A stretch of DNA of 64,000 nt from Octopus sinensis (taxonomy: Eukaryota): contig NC_043004.1 of assembly GCF_006345805.1 (NCBI RefSeq), forward strand, positions 89,466,001 through 89,530,000, written 5' to 3'. Under the pieces are notes generated by a model that saw only the letters and a list, made by a program, of their open reading frames with translations, did not search any database and was not told the DNA's origin. Below are positions 1 through 12,358 of this stretch, piece after piece. A program made the position numbers and the translations under genes. How positions within the stretch are numbered: the stretch's first letter is position 1; every line of letters starts with the position of its first letter.

Positions 1-421
1 AGGATTTGACTCATCAAAAGAGTGTGTTGAGTTTCAGTGACTGCTTTGGCAGGGTTTTTGCAGCTGGATACCCTTCCTAATGCCAATCACACACATACAC
101 ATCTATACAGGCTCTATACAGTTTCCATCTACTCACAAGGCTTTGGTTGGCTCAGGAGTATAGTAGAAGACACTTGACTAAGGTGCCATGCAGTGGGATT
201 GAACATGAAACTACATGGTTGCAAAATAAATTTAGTAACTACTCTGCCATATCCACACCGATAATTATTAAAATACATGGGGAAAATACAAATTATAAAT
301 TTTGATAAGTGATAGCGTCTAACAGATTGAGGTCACATATTAGATGTCTGTGTATAAAAATTTATTAAATAATAGGGAAAATGAAAAATAATAATAAATT
401 TTAAGAATGAAATACACTCAC

Positions 422-482
422 TGCTTTTTAGATTTCTTTAATCCATCTTGAAGATTATGCCAAGCTATATTGTCACCCCATC
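422..482 (-). CDS. TXNDC12: Internal coding exon of a TXNDC12 (ERp18)/AGR-family thioredoxin-like gene; the gene continues left beyond the window and its upstream exon was not found
   Basis: Minus strand reads ttcttccAG|GA TGG GGT GAC AAT ATA GCT TGG CAT AAT CTT CAA GAT GGA TTA AAG AAA TCT AAA AAG CA|GTgagt = (G)WGDNIAWHNLQDGLKKSKK. This resembles TXNDC12 GFGDHIHWRTLEDGKKEA and AGR2 GWGDQLIW. It is 61 nt, phase 1 to phase 2. TXNDC12 versus AGR assignment is by similarity from memory. Confidence 0.72.
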
Positions 483-874
483 CTGGAAGAATTAATAATA
501 ATGATAATTTGTTATATTTTAATTATCTTCTTCATACTAATTAATATAAAATGTCGGTGACCAAAGACATAAAAAAAAAATGACATATATACTGATATGG
601 TTAACAGTAAAAAAGAAAATATAATTAAAGAGGTTGAAAAGATCTCCAAAATGTAAAGGTTGATGGTTTCAAACTTTTTCAGTCTCATCAGCCAAATGCA
701 ATCTAAACTGAACACTATCAGATAAATGATATTACCTCTCTTTAGTCTCTTTAGCTAATGGCAGCTTCAGGATAGTCTTAAAACTTACTTCTAATGTGTA
801 TATGCATACATGTGTATTCATGTAGAGACAAACACTAACTTGCTGACATTCCTACATGTGAGCAAGTACACACC

Positions 875-1218
875 TTTGAACATATATGACCCCCTTCGGT
901 CACGACACTGACCATGGGATTGCACCCAGAAAGCTACCCTCCCAGGCACAAGTCCGGGCAAGGTTGTTTATGGAAGACCAGCAGTCGCCCATGCATACCG
1001 GCCTCGCCTCTCCACGCCACCAGTGTTATCCAAGGGAAAGGCAAAGGGGCCAATACAGCTTGGCATCTGTGACATCGCAACTCATTTCTACAGCTGAGTG
1101 AACTGGAGCAACGTGAAATAAAGTGTCTTGCTCAAGAACACAACACGCAGCCCGGTCCGGGATTCGAGCTCACAACCTCACGATCGTAAGCTTGACACTC
1201 TAACCACTGAGCCATGTG
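875..1218 (-). mobile_element. tRNA-derived SINE, third family
   Basis: Reverse complement carries a tRNA-like head (gctcagtggttagagtgtc...ggttgtgagctcgaatcc). A plus-strand homologue lies at about 1680-2015. Confidence 0.8.
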
Positions 1219-3054
1219 CAAGTACACACTTTTGAACAAGTACAATCATAAACATTGAATGTTGTGCTGGAAAACACACTCACATCTATGCAAATATGGT
1301 GACAGGAAGGGCATCCAACAGTAGAAACCATGTCACAACAGACAACTGGAGTCTGGACAGATCCATGTCAAACTGTCCAACCCATGCCAGCATGGAAAGC
1401 GGACATTAAAACGATGATGATGATGTGTGTAAATAAGAGCAGGCATGGTTGTGCGTATAAGCAGCTTGCTTCACAACCACATGGTTTAGGGTTCAGTTCC
1501 ACAATGCAGCACCTAAGGTGTTTTCTACTATAACCCCAGGCCAACCAATGCCTTGTGAGTGACTTTGGTGTGTGGAAGCCTTTCATGTGTGTGTGTGTGT
1601 GTGTGTTTGTCCCCCACCACCACTTGACAACTAGTATTTGTTAATGAGTTTACGTCTGTTTATGATTGTTTACGTCCATGTGAAGACACATAGCTCAGTG
1701 GTTAGACCGTCGAGCTTACGATTGTGGGGTTGTGAGTTCGAATCCTGGACCGGGCTGCGTGTTGCGTTCTTGAGCAAGACACTTTATTTCACATTGCTCC
1801 AGTTCACTCAGCTGTAGAAATGAGTTGCGATGTCACTGATGCCAAGCTGTATCGGCCTTTGCTTTTCTTTTGGATAACACTGGGGGCGTGGAGAGGGGAG
1901 ACCGGTATGCATGAGCAACTGCTGGTCTTCCATAAACAACCTTGCCCAGACTTGTGCCTAGGAGGGTAACTTTCTAGGTGAAATCCCATGGTCAGTCATG
2001 ACCGAAGGAGGTCTCAACATCCATGTAACTTTAACAGTTTGGTAAAAGAGACATACCTTAGACAAGTGTCCTCTACTATAGCCCTAGGCCAACTAATGCC
2101 ATGAGAGTAGATTTGGGACACAGAAACTGTACAAAACCTGTTATGTGTGTGTGTGTGTGTGCATACATTCGTACTTTACATGAAAAAGCACTAAGTTACA
2201 AATGACAAAATTTGTTGTAATTTGTAAGGTCTGTGTTTCCAAAGACATGGTATAAAAAGAAATCCTTTACTTGAAAAACCAGTAAGGATTAGCAACAGGA
2301 TGGGCATCCACCTGTAAAACAATGCCATAATGGAATGAATTCATCTGCTCCAGGCTAGCAAGGAAAAACAAATGTAAATCAAACAAATGAAGATCTGAGA
2401 TTAAAATTTAAGTAGCGAGAAAAATGGCTATAATCAAATATTCAAAGTGAACTCTTAAGAACTAATAGCCTGGATTTAAATTAGGTTGGTGCAGGCATGG
2501 CGGTATAGTTAAGAAGCTTGCTACCCACCACATGGTCTCAGGTTCAATCCCACACTGTGTTCTTGAGTAAGTGTCTTCCACTTTAGTCCTAGGCCAACTA
2601 AAACCTTTGAGTGGATTTGGAAGACAGAAACTAAAAGAAGCCCACTGAATAAATGTGCGTGTGTGTGTACACATATATCATCATCATCGTCATTGAGCAT
2701 CATTTTCCATGCTAGCATGAGTGAGATGGTTTGACTGGAACTTCTAAGCTGGAGAGCTGTACCAGATTCCAACGCCAACCACTCCACAGAGTGTACTTGG
2801 TGTCTTTTTATGTGTCATTGGCACAGGTGCTTTTCACATATCACCGGCACTGGCCATGACTATGATTTCACTCAGCTTGATGTGTCTTCTCCAGCGCAAC
2901 AAATCGCCAAAAGTCTTGGTCACTTGTCATTGCCTCCCATGAGACCCAATATCCAAAGATCATATCTCTCCATCTCATCCCACATCTTCTTGGTTCAACC
3001 TCTTCCACTGGTTTCCTCCACAGTGATCAGCATTTCTTTATATATACATATATA

Positions 3055-3181
3055 CTTTATTTAAAAGCAGCAGAAATATAACAAAAGCTATTACTCAGAG
3101 TTTCACATTCCTGTTCATCGAACAGGAACATGAAACTCTGAGTAACAGCTTTTGTTATATTTCTGCTGCTTTTAAATAAAG
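3055..3181. repeat. Near-perfect 127-bp palindrome (arms of about 62 bp, 3-nt loop)
   Basis: ctttatttaaaagcagcagaaatataacaaaagct..gttc-ATC-gaac..agcttttgttatatttctgctgcttttaaataaag. Confidence 0.9.
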
Positions 3182-3259
3182 CATATTACTCTACCACTGG
3201 TATTGGAATACTCTTTTTTCCACCTTGTTTCACATTTATGTGCTTACTCCAGTATATTT

Positions 3260-3293
<34 letters not shown>

Positions 3294-6076
3294 ATAAGCA
3301 TGGCCGTTGCCAGTACTGCCAGACTGGCCCTCATGCCGGTGGCATGTAAAAGAACCAACTACACCCTCGGAGTGGTAGCATTAGGAAGGGCACCCAGCTG
3401 TAGAAACTCTGCCAGATCAGACTGGAGCCTGGTGCAGCCATCTAGTTCACCAGTCTTCAGTCAAATCGTCCAACCCATGCTAGCATGGAAAGCAGACGTT
3501 AAATGATGATGATGATGATATATATATATATATATGCTTCTTACGCCCAACTTTTCTCTCAGGATGCTTACACTCTGTAATGTATGCACACTGACATTAC
3601 ACACCCAGCGAAGCATACTAGCTTCATTTCTTATAAGCCTATGCATGTCCTCAACAGTCACAGCTCATGTTTCACTGCCATGTAGCATGGCTGTTTGCAC
3701 ACATATACACAGTCTGCCTTTCACTGAGTGAAAGGCCATTTGTTACCAGCAGAGATAAGAGCCCCTCTGAACTTTGCCGAGCCTATTCTTTTTCTAGCAG
3801 CTACGCTCTCAGAGCATCCACCCCTGCTACTGACTTAGCTACCTAGGTAATGAAAGCTATCAACTACTTATAGTTTTTCCCCCTAGCATGTGATGAAATT
3901 TATTTTCTGTAAATTTTTAGTGTTAATTGTATGTGTACACCTTCCACACACAAAAACTAACTTCCCTGTTAACCTTCCTCTGATATTGCTGTACTTCTTG
4001 TGTCAATGGCTTACACCAAGTACATCTTCATGAGTTTCTACCTACACATTTTCTAGTGATTGAGCAAGATGATCTACGTGAAGGGATTTGTGATTTGTCT
4101 GCTTTGCTAATAAGATTTTGGTCTTTGTTAGGTTAACCCAAAGGCCCTTCTATTCTAGACCTTGCTTCCACACTTGAAACTTCTTCTCTAGTTCTGATCT
4201 CTCACCAGATGGAGTACTTTATTTGTTGATTTTACCATCACAGAAAAGTACACTATGTGTGGGTGTGTACCTTTGCCTTGACAACGTGAAATAGTTGAAA
4301 ATGAGTATCATCATCATCATAAAAACACTGTTGCTTGTTTCCAGTCTTCCATGGAGAAAAATGTCAGGCCATGGGGAAATATTACCTTACCTGGAAACAG
4401 GTGAGGGTTGATGACAGGAAGAGCATCCGACCATAGAAAATCTGCCAGCATGGAAAAGTGGACGTCAAATGACAATGAAAGGACAATGATGTTAGTCTAA
4501 GCTGAAAATATGATGACATCCTTTTGAAAATAGCTATGTCAATAATGTTTAACAAAGTAGAGAAGAAAAATCATTCTATGTAGACTCAAAATTCAATACT
4601 AATATTGACACAGCTGGGAAAGAGAGCCACAGAAATCGCAGTGGAAGCCATCATTTTTATTTGAACAGCCCTGCAGTTTATTGAAATTATATCAAACAAT
4701 GGCCTGACCCTAATGATGAGACTAAAATTACTGATATATCAGAAAATAGGTCAGCCTTCAATGAATTCTCTCTCAACTCAAACTGTGGTTCTACATTCTT
4801 TGTTTATAATAATAAAATATCAACAGTATCTGTTTATAATAAAATATCAATCTGAAGATTGGATATGGTTAGACATTAACAAGTTTTGAGAGAAAAGACA
4901 GAACTTATAAGATTACAAATAGATTCAGTCTTAAAGCAGTTTTACATATAATTTATACAAAACTATATATGATGTATTTATTTTTTATCTGATCAGAGCT
5001 GGCAAGCTGGAGAGCTGCACTAGGCTCCAGTCTGAGATACACACACACACACACCATTCTCTTTTACTCTTTCCGTACTCTTTTACTTGTTTCAGTCATT
5101 TGACTGTGGCCATGCTGGAGCACCGCTTTTAGTCGAGCAAGTCGACCCCAGGACTTATTCTTTGTAAGCCTAATACTTATTCTATCGGTCTCTTTTGCTG
5201 AACTGCTAAGGACGTAAACACACCACCAGCGGTTGTCAAGCGATGTTGGGGGGACAAACACAGACACACAAGCATATACACACACACATACATATATATA
5301 CATATATACGATGGGCTTCTTTCGGTTTCCATCTACCAAATCTACTCACAAAGACACTTGCCAAGGTGCCACGCAGTGGGACTGAACCCAGAATCATGTA
5401 GTTCATAAACAAGCTACTTACCACACAGCCACTCCTACACTATATATATATCACAGCCATGGCTAATGCTGGTGTCACGTAACCAGCACCCATGCTGGTG
5501 GCACATAAAAAGCACCTTTCAAGCATTGAGCCTGATGGTTGAGCTCCTTTCGAATGTTGGGCCTCACAGAGGCAATGACTGAGACCTTTGGCATTATGCT
5601 GTGCTTAAGAAGAAAACCCATCAAGCCAAGTAAAATCGCAGCCGTGTAAGATACCAGTGTCACACATAGTACCTGTACTGGCGGCATGTAAAAGCACCTT
5701 TTGAGCATTGGGTCTCAAGAAGGCAAGGACCAAGACCATTTGGCATTATGCTGGGCTTCAAGCATTGGGCCTCGCAGAAGCAATGACCAAGTCCATTTGG
5801 TATTATGCCATGCTTGACAAGAAGACCCATCAAGCCAAGTGAAACCACAGTCGTGGCAGATACCGGTGTGTCACACAAATGGCACCCATGCTGGTGGCAT
5901 GTAAAAGCACCCATTACATTCTCGGAGTGGTTGGTATTAGGAAGGGTATCCTGCTGTAGAAACCATACCTAAACAGACTGGAGTCTAGTGTAGCCTTTCA
6001 ATTTGCCAGCCCTGGTCAAACCATCTAACCCATACAAGCATGGACAACAGATGTTACATTAAATGATGATGATATA

Positions 6077-6124
<48 letters not shown>

Positions 6125-7185
6125 TACATGATGTGCTTTCACAAGGTTTCTGTCTACCAAATTCACCCACAAGGCATTGGTCAGCCTAGAGCTAAATAGA
6201 AAACACTTGTCCAGTGAGACACACAGTGGGTCTGAAACCAGAACCACATAGTTGCAAACCAAGCTTAACGACACAGAAATATATACATACACACGTGTGT
6301 GTGCATGTATGTGTACACAAATGCACACACATGTATGTATATAATTGTATATATCTGTATACACACACACATATAGGGCTGTAATATTTCCCCATGAGCA
6401 GACAAAATTTTTATTTAAATACTGCAAAAACAGAAAGAAAAAGAATAAATAAATAAACGAGAGAATATGTTTTTCTCCTGAAACTGCAAAAAAGAGAAAT
6501 GTTGTTTTCCCCCTAATTGAATCATGAATGTTTCAAGACCAGAAGTTTAAGTTGAAGGTGAAATCAGTACACCTAATTACCAAGGCAGTACCATTTCATT
6601 GCAATATATACATTATATATATATATATATATATATATAATAAACAAGAATTTGAGGCTAGTCCAAGACAAAATATTCAAGGCCTTGAGAGAAAGAGAAT
6701 GTGTAACAATATACCCATTAACCTGTCAGTTTTAGTGTCACTTAACCATCACAATGGTACAACAATATAATGTTGTTTTATATAACACAGTTCTAAATTC
6801 AATAGTGAAAGGCAAGCTTAATGGGAGCTATTTATTATCAAATTATTTTGCACTTGAATGGCCAAATAATTACCAGCAGGTGAGAAATTGCTCAGCCACA
6901 ACAAAAAAAAAAAATCAAATCAAAAATCAAAAGTAGTGTTTGTCTCTAGAAACAGCAATTTTATAATTAGTCTTATTCTGCCAAAGACTTTACAAGAAAG
7001 AAGCAAATGGTTCTTCATCTCTAAACTACATCATTAATTGTCTTTGAAGTACACCTTGTCTGTTATCTGTAAGGCTGGAGCAACAGAATTTTTACAACAC
7101 AGTCCAAAGTGCCGAACCGCTAAGTTATGGGGACATAAACACACTAGCATCAGTTGTTAAGTGATGTTGGGCAGGATTAACACGT

Positions 7186-7241
<56 letters not shown>

Positions 7242-7610
7242 TATATACACACACACACATATATACGATGGGCTTCTTTCAGTTTCTGTCTACCAAATCC
7301 ACTCACAAGGCTTTGTTCAGCCCGAGGCTATAGTAGAAGACACTTGCCCAAGGTGCCACGCAGAGGGACTGAACCCAGTGTGGTTGGTAAACAGTGGGAC
7401 TGAACCATGTGGTTGGTAAGCAAGCTACTTACCAAACAGCCACTCCTACACCTAGTAGAAATAAAATATTCAAATCAGATAATACTTATGTTTTTTTTTT
7501 GGTTGTTTTTATGCTTGTTTCAGTCACTTGACTGCAACCATGCTTGAAGTTTTTTTTTTTTTTAGTTGAATGAATCAACTTCAATACATATTTTTTAAAG
7601 CCTGGTACTT

Positions 7611-8040
7611 ATAATAATAATAATATAATAATAATAATAATAATAATTGTGTACAGTGCTCAGGTGCACTACAACTCATCTAAAGTGTATATATAATCAG
7701 GTGTAGTTTCGACGGATTTCGGGAAGCATGAGGGCCTTAAAGGATGCAGTGTCATGGCAGTCAACAACTGATGCAGGCAGTTTATTCCACGCTTCAGCAA
7801 CCCTGAGCGTGAAAAAATGTTTCCGAAAGTCATGGGAGCTGTGCTGTTTTCTGACTTTGTAGGCATGTCCACGTGTGTTAGACACATGGAGATCAAAAAG
7901 GTGTTCAGTGTTGTTGTTGGTGAGGTGGTTGATAACCTTGTGGGTGTTTACCAAGTCCGTCGCCAGACGCCGGAGCTTCAGTGAATCCATGCCCAGGGAA
8001 ACAAGGCGCTCAGAATATGGTAGGTGTCTGATGGAGGGTT
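7611..8040 (-). mobile_element. CR1-type LINE 3' end with (ATT)n tail
   Basis: PYSERLVSLGMDSLKLRRLATDL...TRGHAYKVRK...RKHFFTLRVAEAWNKLP. Simple-repeat tail at 7611-7647. A shorter homologous 3' end lies at about 36860-37082 (+). Confidence 0.85.
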
Positions 8041-9224
8041 CTATCAGTCTCCTCTTATCAAACCGCTATCTTACAGGGACGTAAACACACCAACACCAAT
8101 TTTCAAGCAGGGGTGGGGGACAAACAACTATCTACCTATCTATATATATATATATATATACACATATGTATATAAAGACGGGCTTCTTTCAGTTTCTGCC
8201 TACCAAATCCACTAACAAAGCTTTGGTCTGAGGCTGCATTAGAAGACATCTGGCCAAGGTGTCATGCAGTGGGACTAAACCCAGAAAAATGTGGTTGGGA
8301 AGCAAATTTCTTATCACAGCCATGCCTGCACTATCCACACAATTTCAAAAAACATTTTGTTGGTATATGAATGTGTAAGACATAGTGTAATCAGCAAGCA
8401 AGTACATAATTAACGATTGTGACGCAAATCCAATAAATTTACCTAAGAGCTAGCCTTCTTTAGTAATAGCCATACAAATTAAACATAGGAAGCAGTAGAG
8501 CATGCAACTATCTACAGAGGTCTATGCTGAATGGGACTGTATATCTGCATAGTTTGATAAAATAGTTTGCGAAGGGCCGTTCGAATTGCTTTTGTAGCTT
8601 TGTGCCGATTAGGAGTGTGTAAAAGCAGTATACGTATTCATGTGTTGAGTGCTACTTCTGTTTGTTCTACTAAACCTATATCATCCTCATCATCATTTAA
8701 TGTCCACTTTCCATGCTAGCATGGGTTGGACGATTTGACTGAGGTCTGGCGAACCAAACTCCAATCTGATCTGGCAGAGTTTCTACAGCTGGATGCCCTT
8801 CCTAACGCCAACCACTCCGAGGGTGTAGTGGGTGCTTTTACATGCCACCGGCATGAGGGCCAGTTTGGTGGAACTGGCAACGGCCACGCCCAAATGGTGC
8901 TTTTTGTGTACCACCTGTACAGGAGCCAGTCCAGCAGCACTGGCAACGACCTCACTCGAATGTTTCACATGCCACTAGCACAAGTGCTAGTAAGGCGATG
9001 CGGTAACGATCACGCTCAAATGGTGTGTTTAACATGTCATCGGCACGAAGGCCAGCTTGTTGCTCTGGCAACGATCACGCTTGGATGGTACACTTAGCGC
9101 TCCACTAGCAACGGTTGCCAGACACCAAGTTTGATTTCACTTGCCTCAAGTGGTCTTCGCAAGCAGATTTTAGTGTCCAATGAAGAAAAGGCACGCATAA
9201 GTGGACTGGTTACACCCCTAGCAT

Positions 9225-9487
9225 AGGCCACAAGGTTATGGTCACACTTGTGCTTGCCAAGTCTTCTGAAGCATAGCATATCTCCAAAGGTCTTGGTCAC
9301 TAGTCATTGCCTCAGTGAGGCCCAATGTGAGGTCATGCTTCACCACCTCATCCCAGGTCCTCCTGGGTCTACCTCTTCCACAGGTTTCCTCAACTGCTAG
9401 GGTGTGGCACTTTTTCACACAGCTATCCACATCTATTCTCGCCACATGACCATACCAGCGCAAAATATTTAGTTCTACCACAGCCAA
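9225..9487 (-). mobile_element. RTE-type LINE 3' fragment
   Basis: LRWYGHVARID...GRGRPRRTWDEVVKHDL...DLWRYA motif. Confidence 0.8.
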
Positions 9488-10845
9488 AAGTATGTATGTG
9501 TGTATAAGATTACATAAATACGTTTAAGATTTAAGGATTTTTTTTTAAAGATTCCTGTGCGATAAAAATAAATTTCAAATAGCTTTTTTGGTGAAACACG
9601 GGAAAATGTGACCTATTTGAGGAAATTTATTATGAAACCGTTATAAAAAGTGTATATTGAGGTGTGTAATTGAGGTTTAATTTAGGTATAAGCTAAACAA
9701 GCTTACAGCTTAAGGCCTCACGATCTGCTAGTACTTCAAAATAATTTTTTAAAAAAACATAAAAAGCATTTTTTTAAAATTTCGCAAGACCTTCTGATGT
9801 AATTTTTTATCAAATAGCTCCCAAGCCTTATAAACTATATAAGGGTTTAACGAGCCTAAATCCGACAGTGACTAAAAGGAATAACTTTCGACATCGTGTA
9901 ACCGGCAATTATGTTTATCTAGTGGGTCAGGTCGACCGGCGATCGCTATCTGACAACGAAATTAACACAAAAACAAAGCACCTTAATTAGTTCCGACAAT
10001 TACAAAAACAACAAATATTACACATTGCGTGGGTATTAATAGTAGTGTGATTTTAACTGTCAAATAACCCTAATTCCACTGTACTCAAAGACCGCCACGT
10101 AATCTCACTAATCTTGCTTATTCTGTGCCTCTATTTCAGCCCTGCTCACTTTTGATCTCTTTTCTTTTGTATTCTTCTCAAACAAGAAAGCTTACGTCTT
10201 CCACCACTTACTCAGGTACCTCGAATTAACCATTTTACTGTTTAACGGTATTAGCCGGCCTTCGGGCTGGGACCAAAGCATGTGACCCAGCCATGACTAT
10301 CTGCTCAACATTTTCTCTTAATCTATAAACGGTACTTTCATTATGTCTCCGACTATTTCCTTTCTTGCAAATCAAGCCATTAGATTCCTGGATATTCTTC
10401 AATTTGTCAAACATAACGAAAAAAATAAATTCTATAGGGACATATATTAAAGGTGTGCTGGGTGAGCACTGCACCGATAACCACAATTTAAGCATTATTT
10501 CGGAAGAAGCGAAAGTAAAGAATTCGCACGCCGAAAACGAGTGGTGTGCGTATTCTTTACCTCCGCCTACAAGGAATGCCTTTAATCTTATCACACAGTT
10601 TGCTTTCAAATTTAATAATACTCTCATTGAAGTTGCATTATGCATTAAATATAAACTGTAGCTTATATTCATGCCGGAGTAGTAAATTCGGCAGGGAAGC
10701 ACTCCCTGTTACAAGAACTTACAATGCAAGTGGTAAATTCTGTATTGCTACTCGGAGTTAAATAATTATAACCTACAACAAAGAATATATTTGGTACTTT
10801 TCTCTCGTTCGAGGTAAAAAATTAAGCGCGATGCGAGTGTATAAT

Positions 10846-10863
10846 TAGGTGTGTGTGTGTATG

Positions 10864-10902
<39 letters not shown>

Positions 10903-10936
10903 ATATATATATGTGTGTGTGTGTGTATATATTATA

Positions 10937-10967
<31 letters not shown>

Positions 10968-11002
10968 GTGTGTGTTTGTGTGTATATATATATGTTTGTG
11001 TT

Positions 11003-11051
<49 letters not shown>
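10846..11051. repeat. Compound (TG)n/(TA)n microsatellite
   Basis: Directly visible. It generates the spurious VC/YI ORFs. Confidence 0.95.
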
Positions 11052-11053
<2 letters not shown>

Positions 11054-12327
11054 AGAGAAAAGGAGAGAAAAATTACATGGATAATTACAATCACAATTAG
11101 ACAAGAAAATGCTAAAAATAAAAGCTAGTAAATTATAAAATTACCGTTTGGTAAATCATTTTCATTACATAAACAAAGAGTCAGCTGCACCGAAAAAATA
11201 AACAAAATTACAGTGTATGCCGCCATATTAATAACAACCCACACCAAAGGTTCCCTGCCTCAATAATACCTTGTAGGGACTGTGAACCAAATGTAGCTAA
11301 TGTAAACCAGTTCTGAAATTATCGTCTGCAGTGAATATCAAATTAGATTTTTCTCCACCTTTTATTAATCAAGATATTTATTTTCCATATGTTTTCCATA
11401 ATTTCAAAATTTGTAACTGATCTAAATATACCGTGTGGTATCCCGTTCATTTACTCTCACTTTGCATTCCATTCTTCCTGATTAATCAAAAAAAAAAAAA
11501 AAAAAGCTATGATTATAAACTGGAGAGGAATCTCCGTCGTTTGGTGGTGAGGATTCCGTTGTTTGTTCAATTGAATGGTTTCTACGCCTGGATACCTTTC
11601 CCAATGCTAATCACTTAACAGAGTGTGCTGGGTGTTTTTTGTAACGTGCCACTGGCACAGGTGCAGTCACACAGCACTGACAAGGGTGGTTTTAATGTGA
11701 CACTGGCATCTGAAAGGACAAACCTGCATGTGTGGAAGATCAATTTTACTTAGTTTGACGCATTTTATCAAATACAGCAAATTTCCACATCTCCTGCTCC
11801 CTTGCCATTTCCTCAGTGAAACTCAGCATCCAAAGATCTTTTCTCACCACTTTGTCCCATGTCTTCCTGGGTCCACCACAGCTACCCTCCAGAATTTGAG
11901 CTTGGCACTTCTTTAATCATCACATGACCAAACCAGTGCAGTCTTATCTCCTGCACACAATATCTGATGCCTCTTATACCCAGTTTTCCTCTTAAATCAT
12001 TACACTCTGTCATACATGCACACTGGCATTACCCATCCAGCAGAGTATTTTAGCCTCATTTCAATACATTTGATTTTTACTCTTTACTCTTTTACTTGTT
12101 TCAGTCATTTGACTGTGGCCATGCTGGAACACCACCTTTACTCGAGCAAATTGACCCCAGGACTTATTCTTTGTAAGCCTAGTACTTATTCTATCTGTCT
12201 CTTTTGCTGAACCGCTAAGTTAGGGGCAGGGCGTAAACACACCAGCATTGGTTGTCAAGCAATGTTGGGGAGACAAACACAGACACACACACACATACTC
12301 ATATATACGACACGCATACACACACAC

Positions 12328-12358
<31 letters not shown>

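Noticed and set aside
6578-6900. Other phase-1 exon candidates for TXNDC12 (MKWYCL at about 6580-6600; LLWLSNFSPA at about 6875-6905; LKRLKR microexon at about 737-755)
   Set aside because: Each lacks a credible acceptor or start, or has an upstream in-frame stop.
8443-8503. Signal-peptide-like MLYCFLCLICMAITKEG as TXNDC12 exon 1
   Set aside because: An in-frame TAG precedes the GT donor, and the alternative GC donor context (AAG|gctagc) is non-consensus.
10766-11128. Multiple YI/VC/HT-rich ORFs (also at about 6059, 12248, 19616, 30187, 40005 and 40148)
   Set aside because: Stop-free dinucleotide microsatellites.
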